From: an uncultured virus (IMG/VR IMGVR_UViG_2061766007_000806) | Taxonomy: Duplodnaviria; Heunggongvirae; Uroviricota; Caudoviricetes | Strand: one strand, 5' to 3' | Length of the DNA stretch: 13,073 bases | Virus record (IMG/VR): IMGVR_UViG_2061766007_000806 | Part shown: positions 1-6,719 of the stretch, piece by piece | Layout: each line of letters begins with the position of its first letter | Numbering within the stretch: the first letter of the stretch is position 1 | The notes under the pieces: model-generated | Told to the model about the DNA's origin: nothing | Databases searched by the model: none | Seen by the model: the letters and a program-made list of their open reading frames with translations, nothing else | Program-made: the position numbers and the translations under genes

Positions 1-315
1 ATTTTGATTAGCTATCTCGCATATCTGTGCTGAACCGAAAATCCTGCTAAGCTCGCTATAGCCCATGCCACCGTGATTAGGCGTCAGGAACAGCTTCTTA
101 ACACATTCCCAAGCGTCATCTACACCCTGATTATAGCCACTCTCGTAATTAATGTGATTTATCGGAGTATTCTCATCGCTAGCAACATCTTTACAGTGTT
201 CATAGCCATCCGCAAAATCTTGCTGACAGCGCTCATACCCTGTTTGGTATGCTACTCTTGCGCATCTTTCCACTACGTCCTCCACTAATGCTTTATCTTC
301 CTCATGTATCTCCAT
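1..315 (-). CDS. Hypothetical phage protein, runs off the window start; paralog of 4392-4772
   Basis: Not in the ORF track. Manual translation from ATG at 315 (AGGAG 9 nt upstream): MEIHEEDKALVEDVVERCARVAYQTGYERCQQDFADGYEHCKDVASDENTPINHINYESGYNQGVDDAWECVKKLFLTPNHGGMGYSELSRIFGSAQICEIANQN, with no stop before base 1. Confidence 0.85.
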   Translation of the reverse strand, partial: MEIHEEDKALVEDVVERCARVAYQTGYERCQQDFADGYEHCKDVASDENTPINHINYESGYNQGVDDAWECVKKLFLTPNHGGMGYSELSRIFGSAQICEIANQN

Positions 316-778
316 CTTTTTGCTCTCCTTTCTTCCTGTGGTCGTACAGATTACACAGGTGTGCATTCTCTGAATAGGCACTATCACAATGTGCCACATT
401 AGAGCATGTCGTACAGCCGATGTCTGTGTCTGTTTTTGGCTCTTTCTGTGATTCCTCCAAGAGTAGCTTAACTCCTTCTACCATGCCCGTATAAAAGGCT
501 TTATTACCTTTCCAATCACCACCTTCGTCAATAGACTGTTTCATCTTATCAGCGAAGTCTGATATAGCCTTGGCATAGCCTGTTTTATAGCCTGTTTCAT
601 GCCCTTTTGCATATCCCTTGGCAAATTGCTCTTGGCTATAACTTAGCGCCTTGATAAGCTCTTCCTTGTTTATGTCATAGCCGATTATTTGGGATACCTC
701 AATAACAAGCTTATCTTCTTCTTCGTGCATCTTCTGTTCAAGCTGTGTTGATACTTGAGTTATTGGGGATTCCCACAT
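302..778 (-). CDS. Hypothetical protein with GYxxG repeats and a Cys/His-rich tail (copy 1 of a duplicated gene)
   Basis: MWESPITQ...AKGYAKGHETGYKTGYAKAISDF...GCTTCSNVAHC...HLCNLY. The true start may lie in or beyond the gap at 783-792. The track's MSISDVRGVYQ N-terminus is across that gap and is unreliable. Confidence 0.8.
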   Translation of the reverse strand: MWESPITQVSTQLEQKMHEEEDKLVIEVSQIIGYDINKEELIKALSYSQEQFAKGYAKGHETGYKTGYAKAISDFADKMKQSIDEGGDWKGNKAFYTGMVEGVKLLLEESQKEPKTDTDIGCTTCSNVAHCDSAYSENAHLCNLYDHRKKGEQKDGDT

Positions 779-782
779 TGCT
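561..782. repeat. 222-bp direct repeat, copy 1 (copy 2 at 4837-5058)
   Basis: Manual ungapped alignment gives 13 mismatches in 222 bp (about 94% identity). Each copy abuts a 10-N gap. Confidence 0.95.
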
Positions 783-894
783 NNNNNNNNNNGTTGATAA
801 ACTCCTCGTACATCGGATATAGACATGAATAAGTAAATGCTTTACGCACATGCTTATTAAACCTTCACCACAACCGTTTATCGTTCCCGTGTTC

Positions 895-1261
895 TTACTG
901 TTCTTCTTTTATCTTCTTCAGCATATCAAGGGCTTTGTCCACATATAACTTTGCTGTCATATAGCCATCTATATTTTCGTTACGCTGTGCGTTTTCAAGA
1001 TGCGTTATAGCGTGGTCAATAGTAGGNNNNNNNNNNATTTATCCTGTTTATAATATCCTGCACATCCTTTAAATCTCCATGTCCCTCGGAGAGTATAGTG
1101 CCTTTTGCTATTGCCTTTATCATATTACCAAAGGTACTTCCTTTCATATGATGCCCATTAATTATGTGTCCATCATCCACAAATTCTTGTAGCATACCAG
1201 CGGCATCAAATGTATTTTTATCAATCCTAATCACAACCTCAACCATTTTCTCTGCCATCAT
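895..1261 (-). CDS. Modular hypothetical phage protein interrupted by a 10-N gap (1027-1036)
   Basis: AAGGAGG RBS precedes the ATG. The N-terminal part is MMAEKMVEVVIRID...AIAKGTILSEGHGDLKDVQDIINRIN. After the gap a different frame from the track reads PTIDHAITHLENAQRNENIDGYMTAKLYVDKALDMLKKIKEEQ* (1026-895). Joining the two halves is inference. Confidence 0.7.
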
Positions 1262-1278
1262 CTACCTCCTTGTCTAAC

Positions 1279-1470
1279 TCACAACTTCCAATTCATTTTA
1301 AATTCATCAATCTTATCATCCAAATACTTATAAATATCATCCCATTTGGCAGTTTCCCATTTACCATCAGTATTTTTTCTGCCATAACTGTCGCCTTTAT
1401 CTCGCATCTGTGAAACGGCAAATTTCGCACCGCATAACATTAACAATTCTTCTTGTTGTTTATCTTTCAT
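1279..1470 (-). CDS. Hypothetical protein (63 aa)
   Basis: Co-oriented, overlaps the stop of the upstream gene, AAGGA RBS-like sequence upstream. Confidence 0.75.
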   Translation of the reverse strand: MKDKQQEELLMLCGAKFAVSQMRDKGDSYGRKNTDGKWETAKWDDIYKYLDDKIDEFKMNWKL

Positions 1471-1747
1471 CTTGTCCGTCCTTATCTGCCTCGATTACTG
1501 TCGGAGCATCTTCAACATCTTCTAAATATACTGCTGAATAACTTTCTGTATCATCAATATGCTTCCATGCCTTTTCTTTTAGTATGTTTTTATCTACTAA
1601 ATCTCCATGCCCTTGTGGAAGTACAGTGCCATTAATAATAGCCTGTGCAATATATACAGAGTTCATACCATTTCTGATATCTCCTTGTTTTATCACTTGT
1701 TCATATGCTTTTTGAGGAATCCTAATCACAACTTCAACTGTTTCCAT
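1460..1747 (-). CDS. Small phage protein with GHGDLxD and APTVIEAD motifs
   Basis: AAGGTAGGTGA RBS. Shares VEVVIRI...AIxxGTxL.xGHGDLxD with 895-1261. Confidence 0.85.
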   Translation of the reverse strand: METVEVVIRIPQKAYEQVIKQGDIRNGMNSVYIAQAIINGTVLPQGHGDLVDKNILKEKAWKHIDDTESYSAVYLEDVEDAPTVIEADKDGQDER

Positions 1748-1943
1748 CTATATCACCTACCTTATTTTGTGGTTCAAGTCCTAAAAAGTAACTAAGATAA
1801 CTTTCAAATATATCTGACGCTTCGTCATTAGAAAATGATGCAACCTTTGTTATGCAATAACTATTACCAATATACAGGCTTTTTCGCTTACTGTTTGGTA
1901 AGTTTCCAATACCAATAACTTTGTCACCCTTTTTATAAAGCAT
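1734..1943 (-). CDS. Hypothetical protein (start MLYKKG)
   Basis: ATG at 1943 follows AAGGTAGGTGA, the same junction sequence as at 1747. The track's GTG at 1952 lies inside the RBS. Confidence 0.75.
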   Translation of the reverse strand: MLYKKGDKVIGIGNLPNSKRKSLYIGNSYCITKVASFSNDEASDIFESYLSYFLGLEPQNKVGDIDGNS

Positions 1944-1961
1944 CTGTATCACCTACCTTAT
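1745..1961. repeat. 21-bp direct repeat at consecutive gene starts (1745-1765 and 1941-1961)
   Basis: catctAtatcacctaccttat versus catctGtatcacctaccttat (20/21 identical). The pair brackets gene 1734-1943. Confidence 0.9.
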
Positions 1962-2220
1962 ATGGTGTACTCCACCATTCCTTTGTTACGGTTGAACCAA
2001 CTACTTTATCTAATGAAAAATTTACAAATACCAAACCATGTTTAGATTTGACATTTGGAAACAACGCCTTTATCACATCACCGTTTGTAGCGTTATCGGG
2101 AATAACAACACCGTTCTTGATTGCTTCTTCCAACTGTGCATTTGACATCCACCCTATGCCCTGTCCACATTTTGCACAATTAATAGTATGTTCGTTTAAG
2201 TCGATTAGTATCTTTGCCAT
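1933..2220 (-). CDS. Small modular phage protein (ATNGDVIKALFP family)
   Basis: GAGGTG RBS. N-terminal KILIDL...AIKNGVVIP followed by ATNGDVIKALFP...EWWSTPYK. Confidence 0.85.
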   Translation of the reverse strand: MAKILIDLNEHTINCAKCGQGIGWMSNAQLEEAIKNGVVIPDNATNGDVIKALFPNVKSKHGLVFVNFSLDKVVGSTVTKEWWSTPYKVGDTDAL

Positions 2221-2221
2221 A

Positions 2222-2434
2222 TCACACCTCTATTCCCTCATTGTGGACTCTGTTAATTTCAACCTCTAACGACGATATTTCACTTTTATAACACATATAT
2301 CCTATACCAGCTATACTAACGCACAAAGGACATATTTTACCATCTTTGCTATGGCACTTTTTAACTCCTGTACTGTATTTATCGCAGATTTTATTTTTCT
2401 CTTCATAAGTAAGTTGTTTTCTTAATTTTATCAT
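2222..2434 (-). CDS. Cys-rich hypothetical protein
   Basis: ATG at 2434 lies 9 nt after AAGGTGA (alternative GTG at 2443). Five Cys including CPLC. Confidence 0.75.
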   Translation of the reverse strand: MIKLRKQLTYEEKNKICDKYSTGVKKCHSKDGKICPLCVSIAGIGYMCYKSEISSLEVEINRVHNEGIEV

Positions 2435-2439
2435 ATCAA

Positions 2440-2709
2440 TCACTCACCTTCTTTATATGCCCTATGTAACCAATCTGTGTTTGTCGCAATATCAGCCATC
2501 TTATCAAAAGGATTAAAAATACGCACTACTCCAGTATCATAAGTGGCACTGTTGTCTAATGACGGAAACATAGCCCTTATTACATCACCATTTGTAGCCG
2601 ATGCTTTAATCAACTTGAGTGCGTCTTTAAGACAAACTTCATTGCTTAATTTGGTACAACCACTTGGACTACTTAACTGGCATAAATCGCATATGTTCAT
2701 GTTATTCAC
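2440..2709 (-). CDS. Small modular phage protein (Cys-rich N-terminus plus ATNGDVIRAMFP module)
   Basis: CDLC...C...C followed by ATNGDVIRAMFP...DWLHRAYKEGE. The start may be ATG at 2700, downstream of GAGGTG. Confidence 0.8.
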   Translation of the reverse strand: MNNMNICDLCQLSSPSGCTKLSNEVCLKDALKLIKASATNGDVIRAMFPSLDNSATYDTGVVRIFNPFDKMADIATNTDWLHRAYKEGE

Positions 2710-2712
2710 CTC

Positions 2713-2979
2713 TCATTCCGCTTTAGGACACCACTCTGAGCCATCCAAACATATGTGCCCTAAATCGCATATACCATGTTCGGAGTGATTAGAACAGTTC
2801 TCACAAGTATGTTTACAAGGGATTCCAGACTTTTCAACAGTTTCACACTCTATTACAATTTGCCCCTCTTCACTTGTATCTATGCCTGTTATCTTAACTT
2901 TATCATAATCAGCAATAACTATTATTTCATCTCCGTCATTGCAATTTTTTATCCACCTCATTAACTCGATTTTTGTCAT
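2713..2979 (-). CDS. Hypothetical protein with a Cys/His-rich C-terminus
   Basis: GAGGTGG RBS. Tail CKHTCENCSNHSEHGICDLGHICLDGSEWCP. Confidence 0.8.
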   Translation of the reverse strand: MTKIELMRWIKNCNDGDEIIVIADYDKVKITGIDTSEEGQIVIECETVEKSGIPCKHTCENCSNHSEHGICDLGHICLDGSEWCPKAE

Positions 2980-2991
2980 TTACCCACCTCT

Positions 2992-3192
2992 TTAATAAAT
3001 ATGAATTGGACTTAAATACTCAGGGAATTTTTCAACATATCGGTTGTTGCCAAACCTGTCTTCAATCTCTACTCCCCATTTAGCAAGTTTGTTTACCTTA
3101 CGCTGTAATCCCTTTTCCGTAAATGCCCAAATGCCTATAAGAATGTATTCGGTTCCTGTGCTTGCTGAACATAAGTATCTCTTTATCTTCAC
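2992..3192 (-). CDS. Hypothetical protein (66 aa, GTG start)
   Basis: The GTG directly follows the TGA of the upstream gene within GGTGAGTGAGTG. Confidence 0.7.
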   Translation of the reverse strand: MKIKRYLCSASTGTEYILIGIWAFTEKGLQRKVNKLAKWGVEIEDRFGNNRYVEKFPEYLSPIHIY

Positions 3193-3540
3193 TCACTCAC
3201 CATCCTTATAACGCTCCGGTAACGGCATCCATGCGACAACTTTACTATACTGTGGAACATCCATGATGTGCCAATGCCAATCTGTTGTTAAGTTCGTCNN
3301 NNNNNNNNNNNNNNNNNNNCAACGGCATTCACATTGATAGCCACTATCTGTACAAATCCAATAACTTTTATTTTCTTCTTTAGGTAACCTCTCGCTAACA
3401 GGAATCCACCGTCTGTTCAGTATTTCCAATACCTTGTTCTGTTCTTCCTCACTTTCGCAATGTATTGTAATGTCAAACGTATCATCATATTCTTTTGCTA
3501 TGCCGTTTTCATCAAACATAATGCTTATTGTTTCGCTCAT
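3193..3540 (-). CDS. DUF551-like phage protein with an acidic N-terminal extension
   Basis: Signature RWIPVSERLP...VVAWMPLPERY. Internal 21-N gap at 3299-3319. Confidence 0.85.
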   Translation of the reverse strand: MSETISIMFDENGIAKEYDDTFDITIHCESEEEQNKVLEILNRRWIPVSERLPKEENKSYWICTDSGYQCECRXXXXXXXXTNLTTDWHWHIMDVPQYSKVVAWMPLPERYKDGE

Positions 3541-3732
3541 TCACTCACCTCTGTACTTGTCGATAATCTCTAACACATCCTTTATCGCATTGTTGTAAAT
3601 CATTTCGTTGCCAATATCCAAATCAACATCAAGTTTCATTTCCTCAATCTCTGCTCTTATCTTATCCAATGTTTCTTTCAGCCTTTTAATCTCTTTTAAT
3701 GCTTCAAGATAACTCATAGATTCATCTGTCAT
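3541..3732 (-). CDS. Small helical phage protein (LDKIRAEIE...LEIIDKY type)
   Basis: ATGA overlap with the upstream gene; amphipathic helical pattern. Confidence 0.8.
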   Translation of the reverse strand: MTDESMSYLEALKEIKRLKETLDKIRAEIEEMKLDVDLDIGNEMIYNNAIKDVLEIIDKYRGE

Positions 3733-3965
3733 TCGCTCACCATCCTTTTCAGATTTGCGACAAGGATTTTCTTTTGAAATCTCTGTAATACTCTGTCATA
3801 CTCTTTATCTGTCAAACACCCATGAATCCATAAACACGTCAAGCCTTTACCAACTTCTTCTATCCATTCAGCATTATCTCCAAATGTAAATCCTTGCTCA
3901 TTTGCCTGTTCTTCATATGTAGGCGATAATGCTCCATGATGAAATCCTATTGTCATTCGCTTACC
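3727..3965. repeat. 15-bp direct repeat at consecutive gene junctions (3727-3741 and 3951-3965)
   Basis: tgtcattcgctCacc versus tgtcattcgctTacc (14/15 identical). The pair brackets gene 3729-3956. Confidence 0.8.
3729..3956 (-). CDS. Hypothetical protein (75 aa)
   Basis: GGAGG RBS and ATGA overlaps at both ends. Confidence 0.8.
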   Translation of the reverse strand: MTIGFHHGALSPTYEEQANEQGFTFGDNAEWIEEVGKGLTCLWIHGCLTDKEYDRVLQRFQKKILVANLKRMVSE

Positions 3966-4183
3966 TCCGTATATTTTTGAAGAAAATCTTTTTCAAGTTT
4001 TGCCCTATCTACCAAATAGGATGTTCCTTGAGCCACAAAAGAAAGCGGTATAAGTTTAATGGTGTTCGGAATTTGCTCTTTTAACTTTTCTGCATCCACT
4101 GGATTGCAGTATAGTACGTATGGATGCATAAGAACTTCCGCTTTGTGCATGGCTTCTAATAAATCTGCTTCTCCTCTTGCCAT
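3953..4183 (-). CDS. Hypothetical protein (76 aa)
   Basis: GAGGTG RBS, co-oriented, its stop overlaps the next start. Confidence 0.8.
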   Translation of the reverse strand: MARGEADLLEAMHKAEVLMHPYVLYCNPVDAEKLKEQIPNTIKLIPLSFVAQGTSYLVDRAKLEKDFLQKYTEVSE

Positions 4184-4186
4184 TCA

Positions 4187-4411
4187 TTACACCTCGCCAT
4201 TCTTGAATACGGGACAGCTTCTTGTGCAAGGACTAGTACAACCTTTGACACAGGTATTTTCTCCGTGATATTCAGTATCCTGCAAAACCTCAATAGTTTT
4301 ATTGATACACTGTGTTAAATCATCATTTGCATACTTCTTTAATCCAAGGAGTAAATCGGTCATTGTTTCTGTTACATGACGCTGTTCCTGTCTATTTGCA
4401 AATTTTGCCAT
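4187..4411 (-). CDS. Hypothetical protein with a Cx3Cx3Cx3C tail
   Basis: GGAGG RBS. Tail CVKGCTSPCTRSCP. Confidence 0.8.
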   Translation of the reverse strand: MAKFANRQEQRHVTETMTDLLLGLKKYANDDLTQCINKTIEVLQDTEYHGENTCVKGCTSPCTRSCPVFKNGEV

Positions 4412-4772
4412 CTGATACCTCCATATTACAACTGGTCTGATTTTGCATTTGCTTTAACATATCAATAGCTTGATTGATATATGATATAGAGTCACGATAA
4501 CCTGTTTCATTATCATATGTTTTTGCTTGTTCAAGAATCTTGATAGCATTGTCAAATGTAGGAACCTGTTCCCGTTCCCATTGCCTTATCTTTCCTATAA
4601 TATCTAAAGCGGGGAATGACATGAAAATGTTAGATGGACTAGATAATCCAAACATACTTATTAAAGCATGATGAGGTATACCACCATCATTTTCAGCAGC
4701 TCTGATTTTATAAATACACTCAACCACATCATTTACACCTTGTATATACTCGTCGCTATATTTTGTACTCAT
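4392..4772 (-). CDS. Two-module hypothetical protein (126 aa, MSTKYSDEY...)
   Basis: ATG at 4772 with AAAGGAG upstream, and a separate frame ends just upstream at TAA 4790. The N-terminal half resembles 1-315 and the C-terminal half resembles 895-1026. Confidence 0.8.
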   Translation of the reverse strand: MSTKYSDEYIQGVNDVVECIYKIRAAENDGGIPHHALISMFGLSSPSNIFMSFPALDIIGKIRQWEREQVPTFDNAIKILEQAKTYDNETGYRDSISYINQAIDMLKQMQNQTSCNMEVSDGKICK

Positions 4773-4789
4773 TTCTTTTAACTCTCCTT

Positions 4790-4825
4790 TTATATCTCTA
4801 CATCTCCATTCCAAAATTTCGTTAT
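4790..4825 (-). CDS. Probable 3' end of a gene lost in the gap (...ITKFWNGDVEI*)
   Basis: Open frame from the gap edge to a TAA immediately before the RBS of 4772. Confidence 0.45.
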   Translation of the reverse strand: MTKFWNGDVEI

Positions 4826-4835
4826 NNNNNNNNNN

Positions 4836-5105
4836 CGATATAGCCTTGGCATAGCCTGTCTTATACCCTGTTTCATGCCCTTTATCGTATCCCTTGGCAA
4901 ACTGCTCTTGGCTATAACTTAGTGCCTTGACAAGCTCTTCCTTGTTTATGTCATAGCCGATTATTCGGGATACCTCAATAACAAGCTTATCCTCTTCCTC
5001 GTGCATCTTCTGTTCAAGTTGTGTTGATACCTGAGTTATTGGGGATTCCCACATTGCTCTACCTTCAGCTATCTTGCCACCTCTGAAACCCTGAATATCA
5101 CTCAT
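4836..5105 (-). CDS. Copy 2 of the MWESPITQ gene, 3' end lost in the gap at 4826-4835
   Basis: Near-identical to 302-778 over 222 bp. Start is either ATG 5105 (ATGA overlap) or ATG 5054 (after AAGGTAG). Confidence 0.75.
4837..5058. repeat. 222-bp direct repeat, copy 2 (copy 1 at 561-782)
   Basis: 13 mismatches in 222 bp versus copy 1. Confidence 0.95.
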
Positions 5106-5314
5106 TTCAACACCACCTTTGCATCTTCGTGTAGTATAACTTCTGAATCATCGGTCAGTGGGCTGGTCGCATAACCGCTATATAAGTCAACCATCACATT
5201 TTTTCCCCTTCCCGCAGGATAATAACCTTTTATAAATATTTTGCCATTCCACTCGAAAACCTGACCAAATTTTACATCTTCAAATTTTACTGTCCCTTGT
5301 TTTTCAATCTTCAT
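5102..5314 (-). CDS. Small beta-rich hypothetical protein, tandem paralog A
   Basis: MKIEKQGTVKFEDVKFGQVFEW...DSEVILHEDAKVVLK; paralog of 5311-5541. Confidence 0.85.
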   Translation of the reverse strand: MKIEKQGTVKFEDVKFGQVFEWNGKIFIKGYYPAGRGKNVMVDLYSGYATSPLTDDSEVILHEDAKVVLK

Positions 5315-5541
5315 TCAAGCACCACCTTTGCATTTTCGTAGATTGTGACTTCATCATTGTCATTAAACTTTGCATATGAACCACCACTTAAGCCAACAGC
5401 ATTTATTGACGCCAAGCCGTCAATATCTTTAAGCAATACAGCGGTGCGCTCTGTTTTTATATAGACGCATTCACACCATGTAAACGCCTGACCTGGTTTT
5501 ACATCGCAAAATCGCACTATTCCTTGTTTTTCAACCTTCAT
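5311..5541 (-). CDS. Small beta-rich hypothetical protein, tandem paralog B
   Basis: MKVEKQGIVRFCDVKPGQAFTW...NDEVTIYENAKVVLE. The start at 5541 is supported by a GAGGTG RBS and by alignment to paralog A. Confidence 0.85.
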   Translation of the reverse strand: MKVEKQGIVRFCDVKPGQAFTWCECVYIKTERTAVLLKDIDGLASINAVGLSGGSYAKFNDNDEVTIYENAKVVLE

Positions 5542-5795
5542 TACCAAGCACCTCTTTCTTATATTCATGGAGCATCTGAATTACAGCCTTTTCGTGAGCT
5601 ATGCCGTTTACGCCGATAAGGTCGTTATGCTTATTGAGCCTGTCTGTGATAGTGCTTACAAGTTCTTTGATTGCATTAGCCTTACCTGTGTTGTANNNNN
5701 NNNNNCGTGATAGTGCTTACAAGTTCTTTGATTGCATTAGCCTTACCTGTGTTGTAACCCTGTGTGTATTCATGTATCCTAGTCTCTGTGTTCAT
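5531..5795 (-). CDS. Hypothetical protein (67 aa after collapsing an assembly duplication)
   Basis: Not in the ORF track. AGGAG RBS, ATG at 5795. Removing 5696-5756 gives MNTETRIHEYTQGYNTGKANAIKELVSTITDRLNKHNDLIGVNGIAHEKAVIQMLHEYKKEVLGNEG*. Confidence 0.8.
5646..5756. repeat. Identical 50-bp duplication across a 10-N gap (probable scaffolding overlap artefact)
   Basis: 5646-5695 equals 5707-5756. Collapsing it restores one clean reading frame. Confidence 0.85.
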
Positions 5796-6015
5796 CTTCT
5801 TCAACTCCTATCGCTGCTTCAAAATCTTCCACCGTCATGCCGAGAACATTGGCGAAATTAGTGTAGTGGTATGCCATCATGTTTCGATTACCTTTAAGGA
5901 TTCGACATACAGCGCTCTCGGATAAATTAACCTTCTTTGCAAACGACCTTACTGTACGGCATTTTTGCCGTATCTTAAGATACAGCCAATGCCTTGCCTC
6001 ATCTGAAAGCTTCAT
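5779..6015 (-). CDS. XRE/Cro-family helix-turn-helix protein
   Basis: TVRSFAKKVNLSESAVCRILKGNR...FANVLGMTVEDF fits the XRE HTH pattern. AAGGGGGTG RBS. Confidence 0.85.
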   Translation of the reverse strand: MKLSDEARHWLYLKIRQKCRTVRSFAKKVNLSESAVCRILKGNRNMMAYHYTNFANVLGMTVEDFEAAIGVEEDEHRD

Positions 6016-6614
6016 GCCTTCACCCCCTTACGCCATAATACGTATTTGCATCCTAAGCTCTTTAACGGCTTCACAAAACCATGCTCGCCGATTATATCAA
6101 CGCCTGTGTCCACCTCGCCACCATGGATAGTTCCACTACCTGAACTAAGGTCAAAGTTACCATCCGTGAACAGGTCTATAAACTCCTTCAAGCTATATAC
6201 GATAGCATTGGGATTCTCTTCCTGAATAGTCTTACGTGTCTTGACCTTAGGTGTATACGGTTCGTCGGACTTAGGATTGAGCGACTTCAGGAACTCTTCG
6301 ATTGTCATTGTGTCCTTGCTGTTAGGTGTATTGTCGGCGTCCCTGAGAGAATCCTTGACGATAGTCTCTTCGATTACATCTTTCTCGATAACAGCCATGC
6401 CTACTGTCATGTGCTTTATGAAATCTTCACGCATAAGCCCGATTATCTTAGGCTTAGCTATGTTACGAGATAAATCCTCATCATTTACAGCGTTCCTGAT
6501 TATATTGCCGTAAATATTAGCCACGATTGTGGCAAGCTCACACATTACGGTCTCAGGAGAACCTTCTACCGTAAACCTGTTAAAATCGGCTCTGTCTATT
6601 TTTATGTCAATCAT
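6012..6614 (-). CDS. Hypothetical protein (about 200 aa, MIDIKIDRADF...)
   Basis: Long open frame. An ATG at 6614 lies just after the gap, and this N-terminus resembles the N-terminus at 6631-6707, which suggests two genes rather than one. Confidence 0.75.
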   Translation of the reverse strand: MIDIKIDRADFNRFTVEGSPETVMCELATIVANIYGNIIRNAVNDEDLSRNIAKPKIIGLMREDFIKHMTVGMAVIEKDVIEETIVKDSLRDADNTPNSKDTMTIEEFLKSLNPKSDEPYTPKVKTRKTIQEENPNAIVYSLKEFIDLFTDGNFDLSSGSGTIHGGEVDTGVDIIGEHGFVKPLKSLGCKYVLWRKGVKA

Positions 6615-6630
6615 GCCTTTNNNNNNNNNN

Positions 6631-6707
6631 AACTCATTAAATACCTCCGGTGTAGTGCCCTCTGCTATTACTTTGATTTCATCGCCCTCTGTCTGAATGT
6701 TTAACAT
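6631..6707 (-). CDS. 5' fragment of a hypothetical gene, truncated by the gap at 6621-6630
   Basis: AGGGGG RBS; MLNIQTEGDEIKVIAEGTTPEVFNE. Confidence 0.6.
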
Positions 6708-6719
6708 ATTAATTCCCCC

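Noticed and set aside
561..5058. Diversity-generating retroelement TR/VR pair (11 of the 13 differences involve a coding-strand A in one copy)
   Set aside because: The adenines are split between the copies (8 in copy 1, 3 in copy 2) and two differences involve no A. Most changes are synonymous A/G at Glu, Gln, Lys or Ala codons rather than AAY diversification. Both copies are coding, and no reverse transcriptase is visible in the window.
4392..5105. 237-aa fusion protein from the ORF track
   Set aside because: The frame is joined across a 10-N gap. A separate stop (4790), RBS and ATG (4772) show at least two genes.
5646..5756. Biological tandem repeat or CRISPR-like repeat
   Set aside because: Two identical copies flank a 10-N gap, and collapsing them restores a single ORF. 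This is a typical scaffolding overlap.
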